Made by a program: the position numbers and the translations under genes. A stretch of DNA of 61,363 bases, counting the filler, from Kipferlia bialata (taxonomy: Eukaryota): assembly GCA_003568945.1 (NCBI GenBank). It is 4 parts of 4 records of this genome, joined end to end, with 100 filler letters (N's around TTAATTAATTAA, not from the genome) between each part and the next. Parts side by side here need not be neighbours in the genome. Positions count along the whole stretch, not along the records: positions 22,334 to 44,562 come from BDIP01000301.1; positions 44,663 to 56,956 come from BDIP01000361.1; 2 more parts are not named here. The stretch is one strand, 5' to 3'. This document shows, piece by piece, positions 42,239 through 54,573 of the stretch (within the stretch, counting starts at the first letter, position 1; every line of letters begins with the position of its first letter). Below the pieces are notes generated by a model. That model did no database searches and was not told the DNA's origin. It saw nothing but the letters and a program-made list of their open reading frames with translations.

Positions 42239-43796
42239 ATGAGTGCCAGTCAGCAGCAGGCGGCATTCTCGCTGAAGGCCCCCCCTGCTGGGGAGGTACC
42301 TGAAGGAGAGGAAGGGGCAGATGCCGAGCAGGCCAAGATGGACAAGCTGAGGAAGAGGCTGGAGATGACAGGGGAGCCCGAGGAGGGAGGTCCCAAGCGG
42401 AGGGGACCCAAGCAGGTGTGGGGTTGGATGCAGTGGGGTGTTACTAGTGCCAATACCTATAGTGCTCATACTCTATAATGTTAACCATCCCATACATATA
42501 CACCCACCCCCAGGTGGCAGAGGAGGAGAGGATGGTGCTCAAGGCCAGAGACTTCGAGATTGACTTTGACCAGCACATCGGTATGTATGTATATATATAT
42601 AGTTGTCGGTATTTGTTTCACTTTGTTACACAGTCATCTCTTGTGTACCATGTGTACACCACGTTCCATCATCATTGCATATATAGAGATGTATTTGTAC
42701 TTCGATTTCGCTGTGAATGTGTACGTCTCTCTCTCTCTCTCTCTCTCTCTCCCCCCCCCCAAAAAAAAAAACCCGAAGCATATTGTATATATTATCAGCA
42801 TCTCTCCTTCTGTGTGCATATCTATCCCAAACACCCCCATTCACCCCAGGCCGTGCCGAGGCCCTGTCCCTGGCATCCAGTCAGCAGCACAGCGGAGGAT
42901 TCAGGTGGGTGTCTATGTGTATGTGCCTTTGTGAGTATACATACACACATTGTCATCTCAGTGTTTGTATACTACTACGTATTCAGTGTGTTAGCCCTTC
43001 TGTCCATCCCTCCCATATCTCCCCCGTTGTCGGGTGTGACTGTCATATATACATATCACATCTCTCTATACACCCCTCTCACCCCCAGGTGCAAGGTGTG
43101 CAGGCTGACCTTCAAGGACAGTGCATCATACCTGGACCACATCAACTCGGACGAGCGTACGTGGATAAGTCCAAGTATATATATATATACCCAAGACTCT
43201 ACCCGTAGATGCCTCTCTTATCGTTCTCTTATTGCCTCTATGGATACATACATGTGTATAGTCCTCACCCCAGACCAGGGTGCTCTTGGTTTCCAGACCA
43301 CGGTGGAGAGAGTGTCTGCGGAGAAGGTATGTATTTGTGTGTGTATCTATATACAATGTATGACACATATGCTGTTTATTGTGTGTGCAGTGCTGATATA
43401 TGCTGACCTCAGGTCATATCCCGTATGTAGAGATCACTTACATGACATATGTATTCTATTACACATATCAATTATACAGTATCCAACCCCCCAGGTCATA
43501 GCCCGTGTCTATGATATACCCTATCATTACATACGTATACTAGTATTCATTGTCTTTGTATGCTGACCCCTTAGGTCATTGCCCGTATCAAGTACCACGC
43601 CAACCGGAAGAGGAAGGGCAAGACACTCGAGAGGAAGCTGAAGCAGATCAGGTGGGTGGATAGTGTATATATATGTATATCTATACATATAGATGTATAT
43701 ATATGTATGCTCAAGCAGATCAGGTGGGTGGATGTATGGATATATATACAGGTATATATATACATATATACAGATAGGTGTGTATATATATATACT

Positions 43797-43832
<36 letters not shown>

Positions 43833-44561
43833 ATATGTCCATATATACAGGTAGATGTATATATATGTATGCTCAAGCAGATCAGGTGGGTGTATATATA
43901 TATATATATACTGGAATATATATGTATATATATATATTTTATTATTCTCGATATATGTGTATGTATGCTCAAGCAGATCAGGTGGGTGAAGGCTTGTATG
44001 TGTGTATCCACTCCCCTAATAAGTGTATATATATGTATGTATATATGTTTCAGCATACTACCACAGTTCTCTTTTGCACAGCCCCTCACCCCCAGGGCCG
44101 ACGAGGAGGCCACCGTTATGAAGGCCACCTACTCGCACGAGAGAGAGAGAGAGAAGAGGCGGGACATGATCAAGTACCACGAGGCCAAGCTGAGGAAGAG
44201 AGAGGAGGACGAGGCGGCGGCCCTGGCCATCGCCAGCAGACCCGCCCCCGTTCCCCCCCAGAGGCCCCAGACCTTGCCCCCGATGGTCCAGCCGATGATG
44301 CCTGGCCTGGTGGATGAGACTGTGCCCATGGTGCAGCCGATGATGCCGCAGGACGTGTATGCCCCTCAGCCCCTGATGCCCATGGCCCAGCCCACCCCAG
44401 AGGACATAGAGAGGGAGATGGTCGGGATGGCACAGCCACACGTGCAGGCACAGCCCCTGATGCCTACTGGGCCGGGGGTGCCCATGGGTGGGGTGCCAGT
44501 GCAGCCGTACCCTGTGGGGGAGGGGTACCCCCAGGGACCACAGCCACCCCAGAGGATGTAG
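42239..44561 (+). CDS. ZMAT2: Zinc finger matrin-type 2 / Snu23 spliceosomal protein with Pro/Gln/Met-rich tail
   Basis: Spliced [15 protein letters not shown]...[25 protein letters not shown]...[18 protein letters not shown] matches the ZMAT2/Snu23 signature. Confidence 0.85.
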
Positions 44562-44562
44562 A

Positions 44563-44662
44563 NNNNNNNNNNNNNNNNNNNNNNNNNNNNNNNNNNNNNN
44601 NNNNNNTTAATTAATTAANNNNNNNNNNNNNNNNNNNNNNNNNNNNNNNNNNNNNNNNNNNN
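44563..44662. other. Artificial contig spacer
   Basis: TTAATTAATTAA at 44607-44618 within an N run. Confidence 0.97.
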
Positions 44663-44921
44663 CAAAAACACCCCCCCTCCCCCCCCCCCCCCCCCCCCCC
44701 CTTGTTATCACGTCTCTGTACTATTCCACAATAATTCGAAAGCTAATCTCAAAGCTATATGTGCTCATACCATTCAGTATCCACCTTCTGCCCCCCCCCC
44801 CACCCCCTTCGTCAGATACCCGACTGTAGGCCCTTGCTTGAGTCTCTCTCTCTCTGTCTCACTATATCTCGATTGTATATAACTGATCCAGGACGACCCT
44901 GCCTGTACGGTTGGGTCTCTA

Positions 44922-45241
44922 ATGAGTGACTCAGAGACATCTGAGGTATGTATGTATCTGTATTAACATATGGATATGTAGGCTGACACATGGCCCTCCT
45001 ACTTCTCTCTCTCTTTCCCTCTCTACGTATCCATCACTATATATATGTATATATAATCAATTCTGTATACTTATACCAGGACACCTCAGAGGATGACACC
45101 TGACTTTCCCACTTCTCTCTATGTGTGTCCATATCTATAGATCTCTCTCTCTATACATACTAACTCTAGGATACCTCTGAGGACGACTCCTGGTCCCCCC
45201 ACAACGCTGTCATTGTGACATTCGACGATGACGGTACGTAG

Positions 45242-45276
<35 letters not shown>

Positions 45277-48200
45277 ATCTGTCTCTCTCTCTGCCTCTCT
45301 GACAATGAAGGTGTTGTTGCAGACAAGGAGTGGTTCACACTCGACATAGGGATACAGGTACAGATATATATTTCTATATATATGTCTTTGTATTTTTCAA
45401 TTGTATATAGAGGCTGATATCGTGTGGTTCACTTTCTACAGTATGATCATACTCACCTCAGAGGAGTGACATGGAGCGTATTGTTCACAGAAAATTCCAG
45501 TTCACGTTCACTATCATCAATGCACTATGTCTATATTACTATATTCATTCTTATATGTGTGATCTTTCGTTACTCCCCAGAGGAGTGAGCACATCGATAC
45601 GTATTTTGTATTTTGTATTATATACTATATATTATATATAGATACGTATATACATTTGCTTTCATATCGGTTATTGTATGCATATATACACAGAATAGTC
45701 ATACTAAATCCAGAGATGCACTATATATACATACATACATACATATATATATGCTATATATACATACATATACACACTCACCCCAGAGGAGTGACATGGA
45801 GCACATCTATCTAGTATGCACTATATTTATATATACTATAGATATATATATATGCTATGTATTGATGTATATATACATCCTTATTCCAGAGGAGTGACAT
45901 GGAGCACACTGTCAAGGGCTACTCCATCGATGAGACCCACGTGATGCTGATGTGCATATCATGGTGGGTGGTGATATAGTAGACCCATACACTGACTCTC
46001 TATATAGATACCTATATGTATATACCTTATGTGATGCTGATGTGCATATCATGGTGGGTGGATGTATGTCTAGGGAGTGTATGCATGTAAAGTGACTCCA
46101 CTTCACTTTGTTCATATTTTATACTAGTTTCTTGATTCTATTAATGAATTATTATATCATTAATTCACTTCTTTGTCCCCTCTCTGACCAACCGCTACAT
46201 TATTATGTTCCCCCGCTCTGTCTCTCTCTCTCTCTCTATTCCTACTCACCCCTAGGCACAACTACTCTCTGACCAACCACTACATGTACACGCTGTGCCT
46301 GGACTCACTCGAGTGCCACAGGTATATATATACCAATAATCGATATATACACACACAGTTACTACTGAGAATGATATGTATTACATACAGTGGATCATCT
46401 AGCATTGTGCCTGGACACCCTGGGGTGTCACAGGTATACAAGTATATATATGTGTATGTATGTATATACTACTATATGTATGTACATACATGTCTAACCC
46501 ATAGACACACTCAAGTAGTCCATGCCGAGGGTGTATCTCAGCCCCAGCAGGAGAGACTGGGGAAGAAGGAGGGAGAGGGGGAGGGGGAGGGGTACCAGAG
46601 TGTCAACATGTGGAAGGGACAGCCCACACAGTTCAGGTATATAGAGTATATATACATACATAGATATATACGTATATATATATGGACATGTATGTGATAC
46701 TGATACTGATACATGTGGAAGGGGCAGCCCACACAGTTCAGGTATTGTTGTTTCATATGTATATACTACTATATGGACATGTATACTCTCTCCACTGTTC
46801 TTTCCCTCCTTCTCACCCCCTCAGGCTTGGTGACCGACTCATCCTGCTGGGCTAGACATACATATAGTACAGCACACACATATATATGTATATATGTGTG
46901 TATGAGTATGTATGTATGAGTATACTGAGATACTTACCCAGGCTTGGCGACAGGCTCATCCTGCTTGGCAACAGACAGCCCAGGTTCTCCGTCAAGGGAG
47001 AGGTACGGAACAGTAAGACGGTTTAGATATCAGTATAGGAATTGATATAGTGGATATTGTGACCACTATACCCCCTTTGTGGCACCACTCACCTGAAACC
47101 TTCCCTCTCATATCTCTCTCTATTCATTGATGTGTGTCTGTATATACTCTCGCTCACTCTATCTCTGCCTGATAGCTCACTTTCCCATTATCCTATTCTC
47201 TCTCTCTCTCTTATGCTAGAGCACCGTGAACTGGATATAGTAGCACCCTCTTCTAACAACAGCTCTGCGTGATGGCCCACTATCCCCCTATCCCAATCTA
47301 TCAACTCACTGAACATGTATACAACATGTATACTTGACCTATATCTGATATATCCAATATCAGCTCTGCATGATGGCCCACTGTCCCTCAGACGACACGT
47401 GGGAGAGGCTCACACCCCCACCTAAGGTAGGTGCACAGTGTATGATACATATGAGATATTTTTGAAAGTGTACAGTATTTATGCATTGATCCTATGATAG
47501 AGTCTGTGCAATGAGATTCGGTATATACACACACACTCTCTCTCTTTCCGAATATATATCGATGAAAGTACATGACCCTGACCCCCAGGCCATTATGGAG
47601 TCTATCAATGGCTATGGGTACCACTCCTCCTCACACTTGAGGTATCGGCATTGTCTCATATGTATGTATATCACATGAGGTATATGTCACTAAGGATCCT
47701 CAGAGTCTATTATGTGTGTTATATACACTAAGAGTGTGTACTGCTTGGCTATGGGTACCACTCGTCCTCACACCTCAGGTATCGGCATCGTCTTCTCACA
47801 GTATACATGTAGTATGATATCAAATTCAGGTAAGATCTCTCACTTCAGTGTGGGTGTGGTCGGTGACACCGCCTACTTCATCAAGAAGGAGAGTGACATG
47901 GGATACAGGTATGGTTTCAATACTTAACCTAAAAATGTATTGACACTATTGTATACACTAAATACAAGTAGTAATATATACTACATTCAGATGCACATTG
48001 AATTCTTAGTGAATATTTGATTCTCTTACTGTAGATACTCCTTTGATGAGGGATGGTCTGAGCAGTCTCTGTCTGGGGTCGGTCTCAAGCTGGAGAGGAG
48101 GAGTGGGTTCTTTAGACGAAATGGGGAGGTTAGTGTGGGTCCTTGTTAGTATGTAGCATCATTATGTGGGTATGTATTATCTTACATGTGGGTCAGTATT

Positions 48201-49052
48201 ATCCCAGAATGGGGACCCACCTGCCTAGACCCCCTGCTGACTCCCAGTATGCCCTCAATGTCATGGTGGGATTGCCACAGCACCTACTGCTACAGGTATG
48301 GGGACTGTCTACACTATATAGAGTACATCAAGGAACCCATCTCTATTTGCATTGTCGCCCTTATTTCGTTGTTTCTGTTTGGTATAGTCAGTCAGTATTC
48401 TGTTGTTGTCTCACCGTCAGAAGGCCGATTGGATCATCGCAGACCCCACCGACTACTACTCATGCCCATGGGAACAGCACTTGCACACATGGGACACGGT
48501 GTCTGAGGTATATACATATATATATATACATATGGTTAATAGTATCGGAGATTTGTAATATATGTGTGCTAATACCCTATTAATCCGTAATATCTCCATA
48601 GCACTTGTACACATGGGACACGGTGTCTGAGGCATTATTCTGCAATATAGTATCCCACACCTCTCTCCCTCTCACTAATGCCTTAGGCTTGGGCCGAGAT
48701 ACCCTTTTTGAAGGAGGACTATATGTGTCTCTGAGTGTGTATATGACTACATCTCTTCCTAATTAAGATGAATCACTGAGTGAACCGTGCTCCTCTTTGT
48801 ATAATGTACATAGACATTTATTGATTGCCAAACGGATTTCCTGATTGATTATAGGAATGGACCGAGATCCCCTTTGTCGGAGCGGACGGTGTCACCAAGG
48901 CCGAGTGTCCCCGTATGTCCATGGCTGTACCTCTGCAGCCCAACGGAGGTGCCGACTGTAAGTGGATAGTGTACAGGAATAACAGCTATGATCAGGGGAA
49001 TACCCAGAGTTCACCAGCTCTGTCTGTTATGGAGTTCTGGGAGAAGGAATAG
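44922..49052 (+). CDS. Kelch/beta-propeller-like protein encoded by many short exons
   Basis: ATG 44922 (MSDSETSE/DTSEDDSW...). Exons with MYTLCLDSLECH, VGVVGDTAYFI, YSFDEGWS, HLHTWDTVSE. Last exon 48857-49052 EWTEIPFVG...MEFWEKE*. Confidence 0.65.
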
Positions 49053-49267
49053 ACACACAGACTGTAGGTGTCAATGCGCTTAGACTGGTCACTGTATTTG
49101 TCATTAACTGTGTAGTATAATCTGTATGCTTTACAGTAATAGTAGTACTACTAACAACATGCCTACACACAACTGATACCCTCAAGAATAGAGATGACTG
49201 CAGTTGGTGCACACACCCTAGTAGACTGGCTCAACTCTGTAGTCCATCATCACACTGCCAACCACAC

Positions 49268-50257
49268 ATGTCTGATACAGTCCCAGTCCCCCTGTGGCAG
49301 GAAGAGCAGTGTGACTTTCCTCTCTCTGTCTTCCCCTTCAGCTGCTCTGGGGCCATCAAGACAGGGCACAACGAGGTGCTAGTGGAGTCATATGATGAGG
49401 ATAGACACCTAGTACTTGCCCTGGTGCGTCTACTCTCAGGTGGCACAGTTGAGAAGGAGCTTATTCAGAAGCCAGACCCTCAATTCAACACAGCCAAGGT
49501 GTATGGCGTGTGTCACTGGGGGGAGGTCTACATGTACACTCGTGATACGGACAGCACCCTCTATATACTTGATCTTGCTACACACAGTTGGCGCTCAGTT
49601 GATGCCCCATTGCACCTCGGACAGAGTGACAGGGTACAGAGGATACGGCAAGTGTCTCTTTGGCTTGGCCAGGTATGCCTCTTGAGTGACGGAGCAGATG
49701 TCGTGGTGGTTGGCATCCAGTGTGACCGTAGCACTAGTGACGGCTATATATACACAGTAGGCATGTGGTACTATAACCCTGAGAGAGGAGCAATGGTCTG
49801 TGCAGGAGGAGACACACACACCTATGAGGATAGGCCACCTTCACCCGTATTGTATTTACTAGATGGAGTCCGGTACCTTAGAGCGGGCACAGATGTGTAC
49901 AGCTACTGCGACATTGGGCAGTGGACACTAGTACCTGAGTCTGAGTTAACAAGCGGCAATGGATTAGCTGGTTTGTACCCAGTACGCGATTCATGGGGTA
50001 AGTCTATAGTTCTGGCTCCCCTAGAGAGACGCTTCTCAAGGGGCATATTCTGTGCAGCCTTTGATACAGTGTCATCTCAATGGAGTCTGTTGGGACATAC
50101 ACATGAGGATAGATACGTCCTTTTCACCCCCGCTAATGCACTCTGGTGTGGGGATAGGGATGGGTCTGTGATGCGGTATCTGGACGGTGGCCTAGTATAC
50201 CCCCACGAGTCACGTCTGTGGGCCACAGATCCAGGCAACAGCCGACTCTTGGAGTAG
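49268..50257 (+). CDS. Intronless kelch-like beta-propeller protein, 329 aa
   Basis: Single ORF with motifs GEVYMY...LYILDLATHSW, YYNPERG, FDTVSSQW. Confidence 0.6.
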   Translation: MSDTVPVPLWQEEQCDFPLSVFPFSCSGAIKTGHNEVLVESYDEDRHLVLALVRLLSGGTVEKELIQKPDPQFNTAKVYGVCHWGEVYMYTRDTDSTLYILDLATHSWRSVDAPLHLGQSDRVQRIRQVSLWLGQVCLLSDGADVVVVGIQCDRSTSDGYIYTVGMWYYNPERGAMVCAGGDTHTYEDRPPSPVLYLLDGVRYLRAGTDVYSYCDIGQWTLVPESELTSGNGLAGLYPVRDSWGKSIVLAPLERRFSRGIFCAAFDTVSSQWSLLGHTHEDRYVLFTPANALWCGDRDGSVMRYLDGGLVYPHESRLWATDPGNSRLLE

Positions 50258-50739
50258 CCTGGTTTCAATGGACACTGTCAGTGTTAGCCTAACACTGTTA
50301 GGGATATAGTATGTGATATATATACTGAAGAGTAAAGACCTGAAACCAGCGCTTCAGGTACAATTAGTAGAACCGAACTACTCACCAGTACTGCAGCGTC
50401 TGTTGAATCAAGAGTAACAACGTCAGTACTTGTTCAACCTCTACCCATTCTCTAAAGGGGGACCTGCAGAGAGGGTTATGCTATTTCCGATAATCTTTTC
50501 ACAATACGATCTCTTGCAGAGCTATATAACAATCATTGCTTTTCTCTTTCAGTTCCCAGCGTCTGAATTACGTGAAGAGCAGACGTGGTCTCTCTCAATA
50601 ATTCGTGTGATTCGCCGTGACACATTTCTAGAAGATTGCTATGTATCCATTCCACAATGGAATCTCTACGTGATCATATCAGCTTTCACAGCTCTGGCTC
50701 TTGCCTCTCTGCTTGCTGGGATCGGGAAGAATGAAGCTA

Positions 50740-50927
50740 GGAGTCGGATATATGACCAAGGGTGTACGTGCCTGTCCCTAACAGTACCCCTGCAGCATAA
50801 GGGAGGTGCTGAGGCAGCTGACTGTAAGTGCATAGTGTACAGGAATAGCAGCTGTGGGCAGCAATGCACTCAAGGCTCGCCAGCGCTATCTTTCATGGAG
50901 TTCTGGTATTCAGAAGCCACAGAATAG
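50740..50927 (+). pseudogene. Paralogous fragment of the last exon of the 44922-49052 gene
   Basis: Protein-level similarity to exon 48857-49052; no upstream exons seen. Confidence 0.5.
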
Positions 50928-51717
50928 AGACACAGAGATTATGTGAAGTCATTGCATATGCAAAGTATACAGTTTGCACCAGCTTTAAGACTGATACCCT
51001 CACGTCCAAAGGGATGACTACAGTTGGTGTTGACTCTCTACTAGACTGCCTTAGCTTTCTTAGATTGATACAAACACATCACTACACCCTTTTTCTTTTA
51101 CCTCCGGTGCAATGGGGAGGGGGGGGGGGGTCACTATATGTAGTGTCGGGAAGGAGGGGGAGAAAGGGGTGGGGGAGACGCTGACACTCTTATGGACCCA
51201 CAAGAGGTGATCTGATATCTGCGGTGGGGATGGGACAACAGGACATCTAGGAGTCCAATCACACGGTGTAGAGACTCACATCAAGTTCTGAACCTATACA
51301 CATTCGAAAGCCCGGAACATTCTAGGAATCGTATCAGAGTAGATACGGCTTCTTGTCTATGCTCTAGAGTCTATGGTATTGTCCACGCTGTGTTGAACTA
51401 GCAGTTGTATAGTATAGGGTATCCCGTGTATCTTTCCTCACGACTGAAAGGTTTGATTTTACTCCTTTACTCACTCCGTCTACACGGATTGGTTATGGCA
51501 AGTCTCACTCTTGAGCCGCCCACTAACACTACTTGGGGTTACTGAGAGAGTATTTTCGCTGTCCTGGGCAAATATCTCATGTAGGTGCAATTTCTCAGCG
51601 AGAAAAAGGGTTTTCGAGCATCCACACAACTGAACAGAGCTCCACTTGCACGTTGCGTGCATATGGAGCCTGAGAGGAAAGACTCGGTTCCCGATGCGTC
51701 TCTAGGACTCACATAAG

Positions 51718-52363
51718 ATGGCTAACAAGGTATAGTGCAGCTGTATACACGGAGACTAGTGGTGTGTATCATGGAGTATCACGCAATGAGCATGGTACAC
51801 ATTAATGAGCCCCCTCATATCCTGGTTTGGCAGACCCTTTGCTTGCCCCCCCTCCCCCTCCCCGTCCCATCCACTGTATCTATGCTACCACTCACTCTAG
51901 AACAAGGGACCCACCAAGAAGGAGAAGCTTGCTGCCAAGGCCGCCAACGCTGACAAGGCAAGGAGATAGCACTCTCACCCTCGATATTGACTGCTCTTCA
52001 GTATTTGAAATTGTCTATTCCTGCGACAGAGAGATATAAATATAGCAGAGATAATAATAGAGAGATGCAAATATAACAAAATCTGCCTGTCATATCTCCT
52101 ATATGTCCCTCACCCCAGACCCCCAAGGGAGCCAAGGAAAAGAAGGCCGCCAGGAAGGCCAGTAAGGTACTGTCCCTCTGTTTCTCCCCCCCCTTCCACC
52201 ATCCCTCCCCTATCGATGAATATGCTCCTCAATCCGGTTAAGTTGTCAACATCTACTCCAATGCCACCCATCCTCCTTTTCTCCCCACCTTTGCTTTCTG
52301 TTGGCTCCCCTGACCGTCTCACCCTAGGCTGCCCAGGCTGCCAAGTACGCTGCCCCCCAGTAG
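51718..52363 (+). CDS. 50-aa Lys/Ala-rich basic protein, 4 exons, one GC-AG intron
   Basis: Exons 51718-51729, 51901-51957, 52119-52166 and 52328-52363 give MANKNKGPTKKEKLAAKAANADKTPKGAKEKKAARKASKAAQAAKYAAPQ*; strongly biased AAG/GCC codons. Confidence 0.7.
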
Positions 52364-52903
52364 ACTATACCACCGTGTCTCCGTATGGACATGATGCACC
52401 CGTAAGGACACTACCCCCTCATTTGAGAGAGCTGTGTATGTAGTGTATTGCATTGGGACTGCCAATTTGGCAGACATCCAAGGAAGTAAATGACTAGTAT
52501 TCAGTCAATGGGTCCACATGCGATTTTTCAATATATCTATTAGCAGACACTGGTGTATATCAGTGTGCAAGTCGCCCCTGTTCTGCCCTAGACCCTAAAT
52601 ATTGCATGTCGTATCAGTAACAGAAATGTTGTCTGTTCCTCTCCACTGTCAAATGAAACCTATACATAGCGACTAACGTAGCAGCTGCAGATAGTATTAG
52701 GGCCCAGTGACTGATAACTATCTGTGTTTTGTCATGGCACGTCTGAAATATTTGCAGAGCATTTGACTGAGAGGAGGTCTCTCTCAAATAGGGGTTTAGC
52801 TGTGATCTCTGTGACAAGTCTACAGCTGAATACTACACGCATTCTCTTCGTGATCATCACATCAGGCCTCATACCTCTGTTTACCTTGCTAGTATAGAGT
52901 ACG

Positions 52904-54340
52904 ATGGAGGTAGCAGTGGCTGCTCTGAATGCAGACATTGGTGGAGGGCCCAGTGAAGTGGAGGTGAGTGGTGTGTACGAAGAGGACTCAATATAGGTCT
53001 GATACGTCATGTATTGTTCGTCACCCCCAGTCACCGTGTTGTCTCTGTTACGACCCCGACTCTGACCCTCTGACTATGGGGTGTGGCCATGTGTTCTGTC
53101 TGGGGTGTATGACAGCATTGCTGGAGGGGAGGTACGGGGTCTGACTCAGATAGTATACATACACACAAAGTCATAACACAAATCTCCACATTGGATTTGA
53201 TAGGTCCTGCCATGTGTCATATACACAGGTGACCAGAGTCATCCTTCACAATTGTTGAATCAACATAGGCTCTCACATTGTATTATACAATGATTGTATA
53301 TCTATCTTATATACACAGGTGGTATGGCCGGTCGGGTGCCAGGATCAGCTTTGGCTTCATGGGGTGTCCCATGTGCCAGAGTGATATATCAGGTCACCCT
53401 GTCTTGGATACACTGATGGCACCCCTTGTCACACTCAGAGAGAAGGTGCACAGGATGGCAACAATGAGACAGGTGTGTATACGTATATCCTGTATATATT
53501 GAGTAATGCATATGTTAACGAGATAGACCTGAGTACATCATATTACTCAATATTTTGAGACAAAGAAGAGAATATGTCTCCTTGTCACACTATTACACGG
53601 TGTAAATAGTGTATACATTAGTGCAACATACACTCTATAGGCAATACGTCACTGTACGGTTACCCTAACCCGTCAGCAGATGGAGCATGGCAGTGGGTCA
53701 GTGTCCGATGCCATCAGGGAGTATGCATACTACCAGTGCCACAGGTCGGTTGCAGTAGAGTAGGGTAGTGTTATTGTAGTATCTCTTTGAGCATCCTCCC
53801 GGAGGACCCCCGCGATCCACAAGCATTATATGTAGTAACTGTAGGTGTGCTGAGCCCTACTATGGAGGTGCAGTGGAGTGTGCCGCAGGGAGTGAGACAG
53901 AGTACAACCAGGATGACCTCACATGCCCTAGGTATACATACTGAATCTAGTAGATCAATAGTGTCTATATTCTCAGTGTATTACTACCTACTGGCCGCAG
54001 AGTCATCACCTAACACAGGTGCACCCGTCTTCAGTCCCCCACCTCCCTCCCTGACACCTGTTCCTCCCACGGCACAGACTACATCCAGTGGAAGTGCAGG
54101 TACTGCTGCAGTATGGCAGTGTTCTTCTGTTTCGGCACCACCCACTTCTGCGTCGAGTGCCACAACAACTACAGCAAGTGTCAGGCAGCAGAGAAAGCGG
54201 GTACCCTACCCCCATGCCCTGCTGGCCCTGTACTAAATGGCCTAGCTGGAGAGTGTCCATTGGGATGTGCCCACCCCCCCACAGGCAGTGAGTTCTGCAT
54301 GGGGTGTGCAGAATGCAGACTGAAGGAGGAGGACTACTGA
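52904..54340 (+). CDS. Small MYCBP2/Highwire/RPM-1-type RING-Cys-relay E3 ligase domain protein
   Basis: Spliced CCLCY...GCGHVFCLGC...ARISFGFMGCPMC (RING), then YAYYQCHRCAEPYYGGAVEC...HGTDYIQWKCRYCCSMAVFFCFGTTHFCVECH...HPPTGSEFCMGC, closely matching the PHR-family C-terminus. Confidence 0.9.
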
Positions 54341-54573
54341 GTATAGCACTATTTTTCATACACAATAAATGATAGTCCATAATGGACACGAATACGTTCA
54401 ACACTTGGAGAATGACACATATACGGAACGGGATGTACCGAGTGCAGACTCAGGGAGGAGGACTACTGAATAGTAATAGAAACATGATACACTAACCACT
54501 GGATAAGTGACCTATACGGATCATTCTATTACATATCTACATTTCATTTCATCAACACACACTCCTAAGGGGC

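Larger units (their letters stand above)
48930..51050 (+). repeat. Diverged direct repeat pair, about 48930-49240 and 50785-51050
   Basis: VPLQPNGGADCKWIVYRNNS...SPALSVMEFW versus VPLQHKGGAEAADCKCIVYRNSS...SPALSFMEFW, with a shared downstream ctgataccctca...gatgact.cagttggtg. Confidence 0.8.

Noticed and set aside
43571..44128. Tyr/Ile-rich ORFs (YIYIYI), here and at 45-47 kb and 57-61 kb
   Set aside because: Translations of intronic (TA)n microsatellites.
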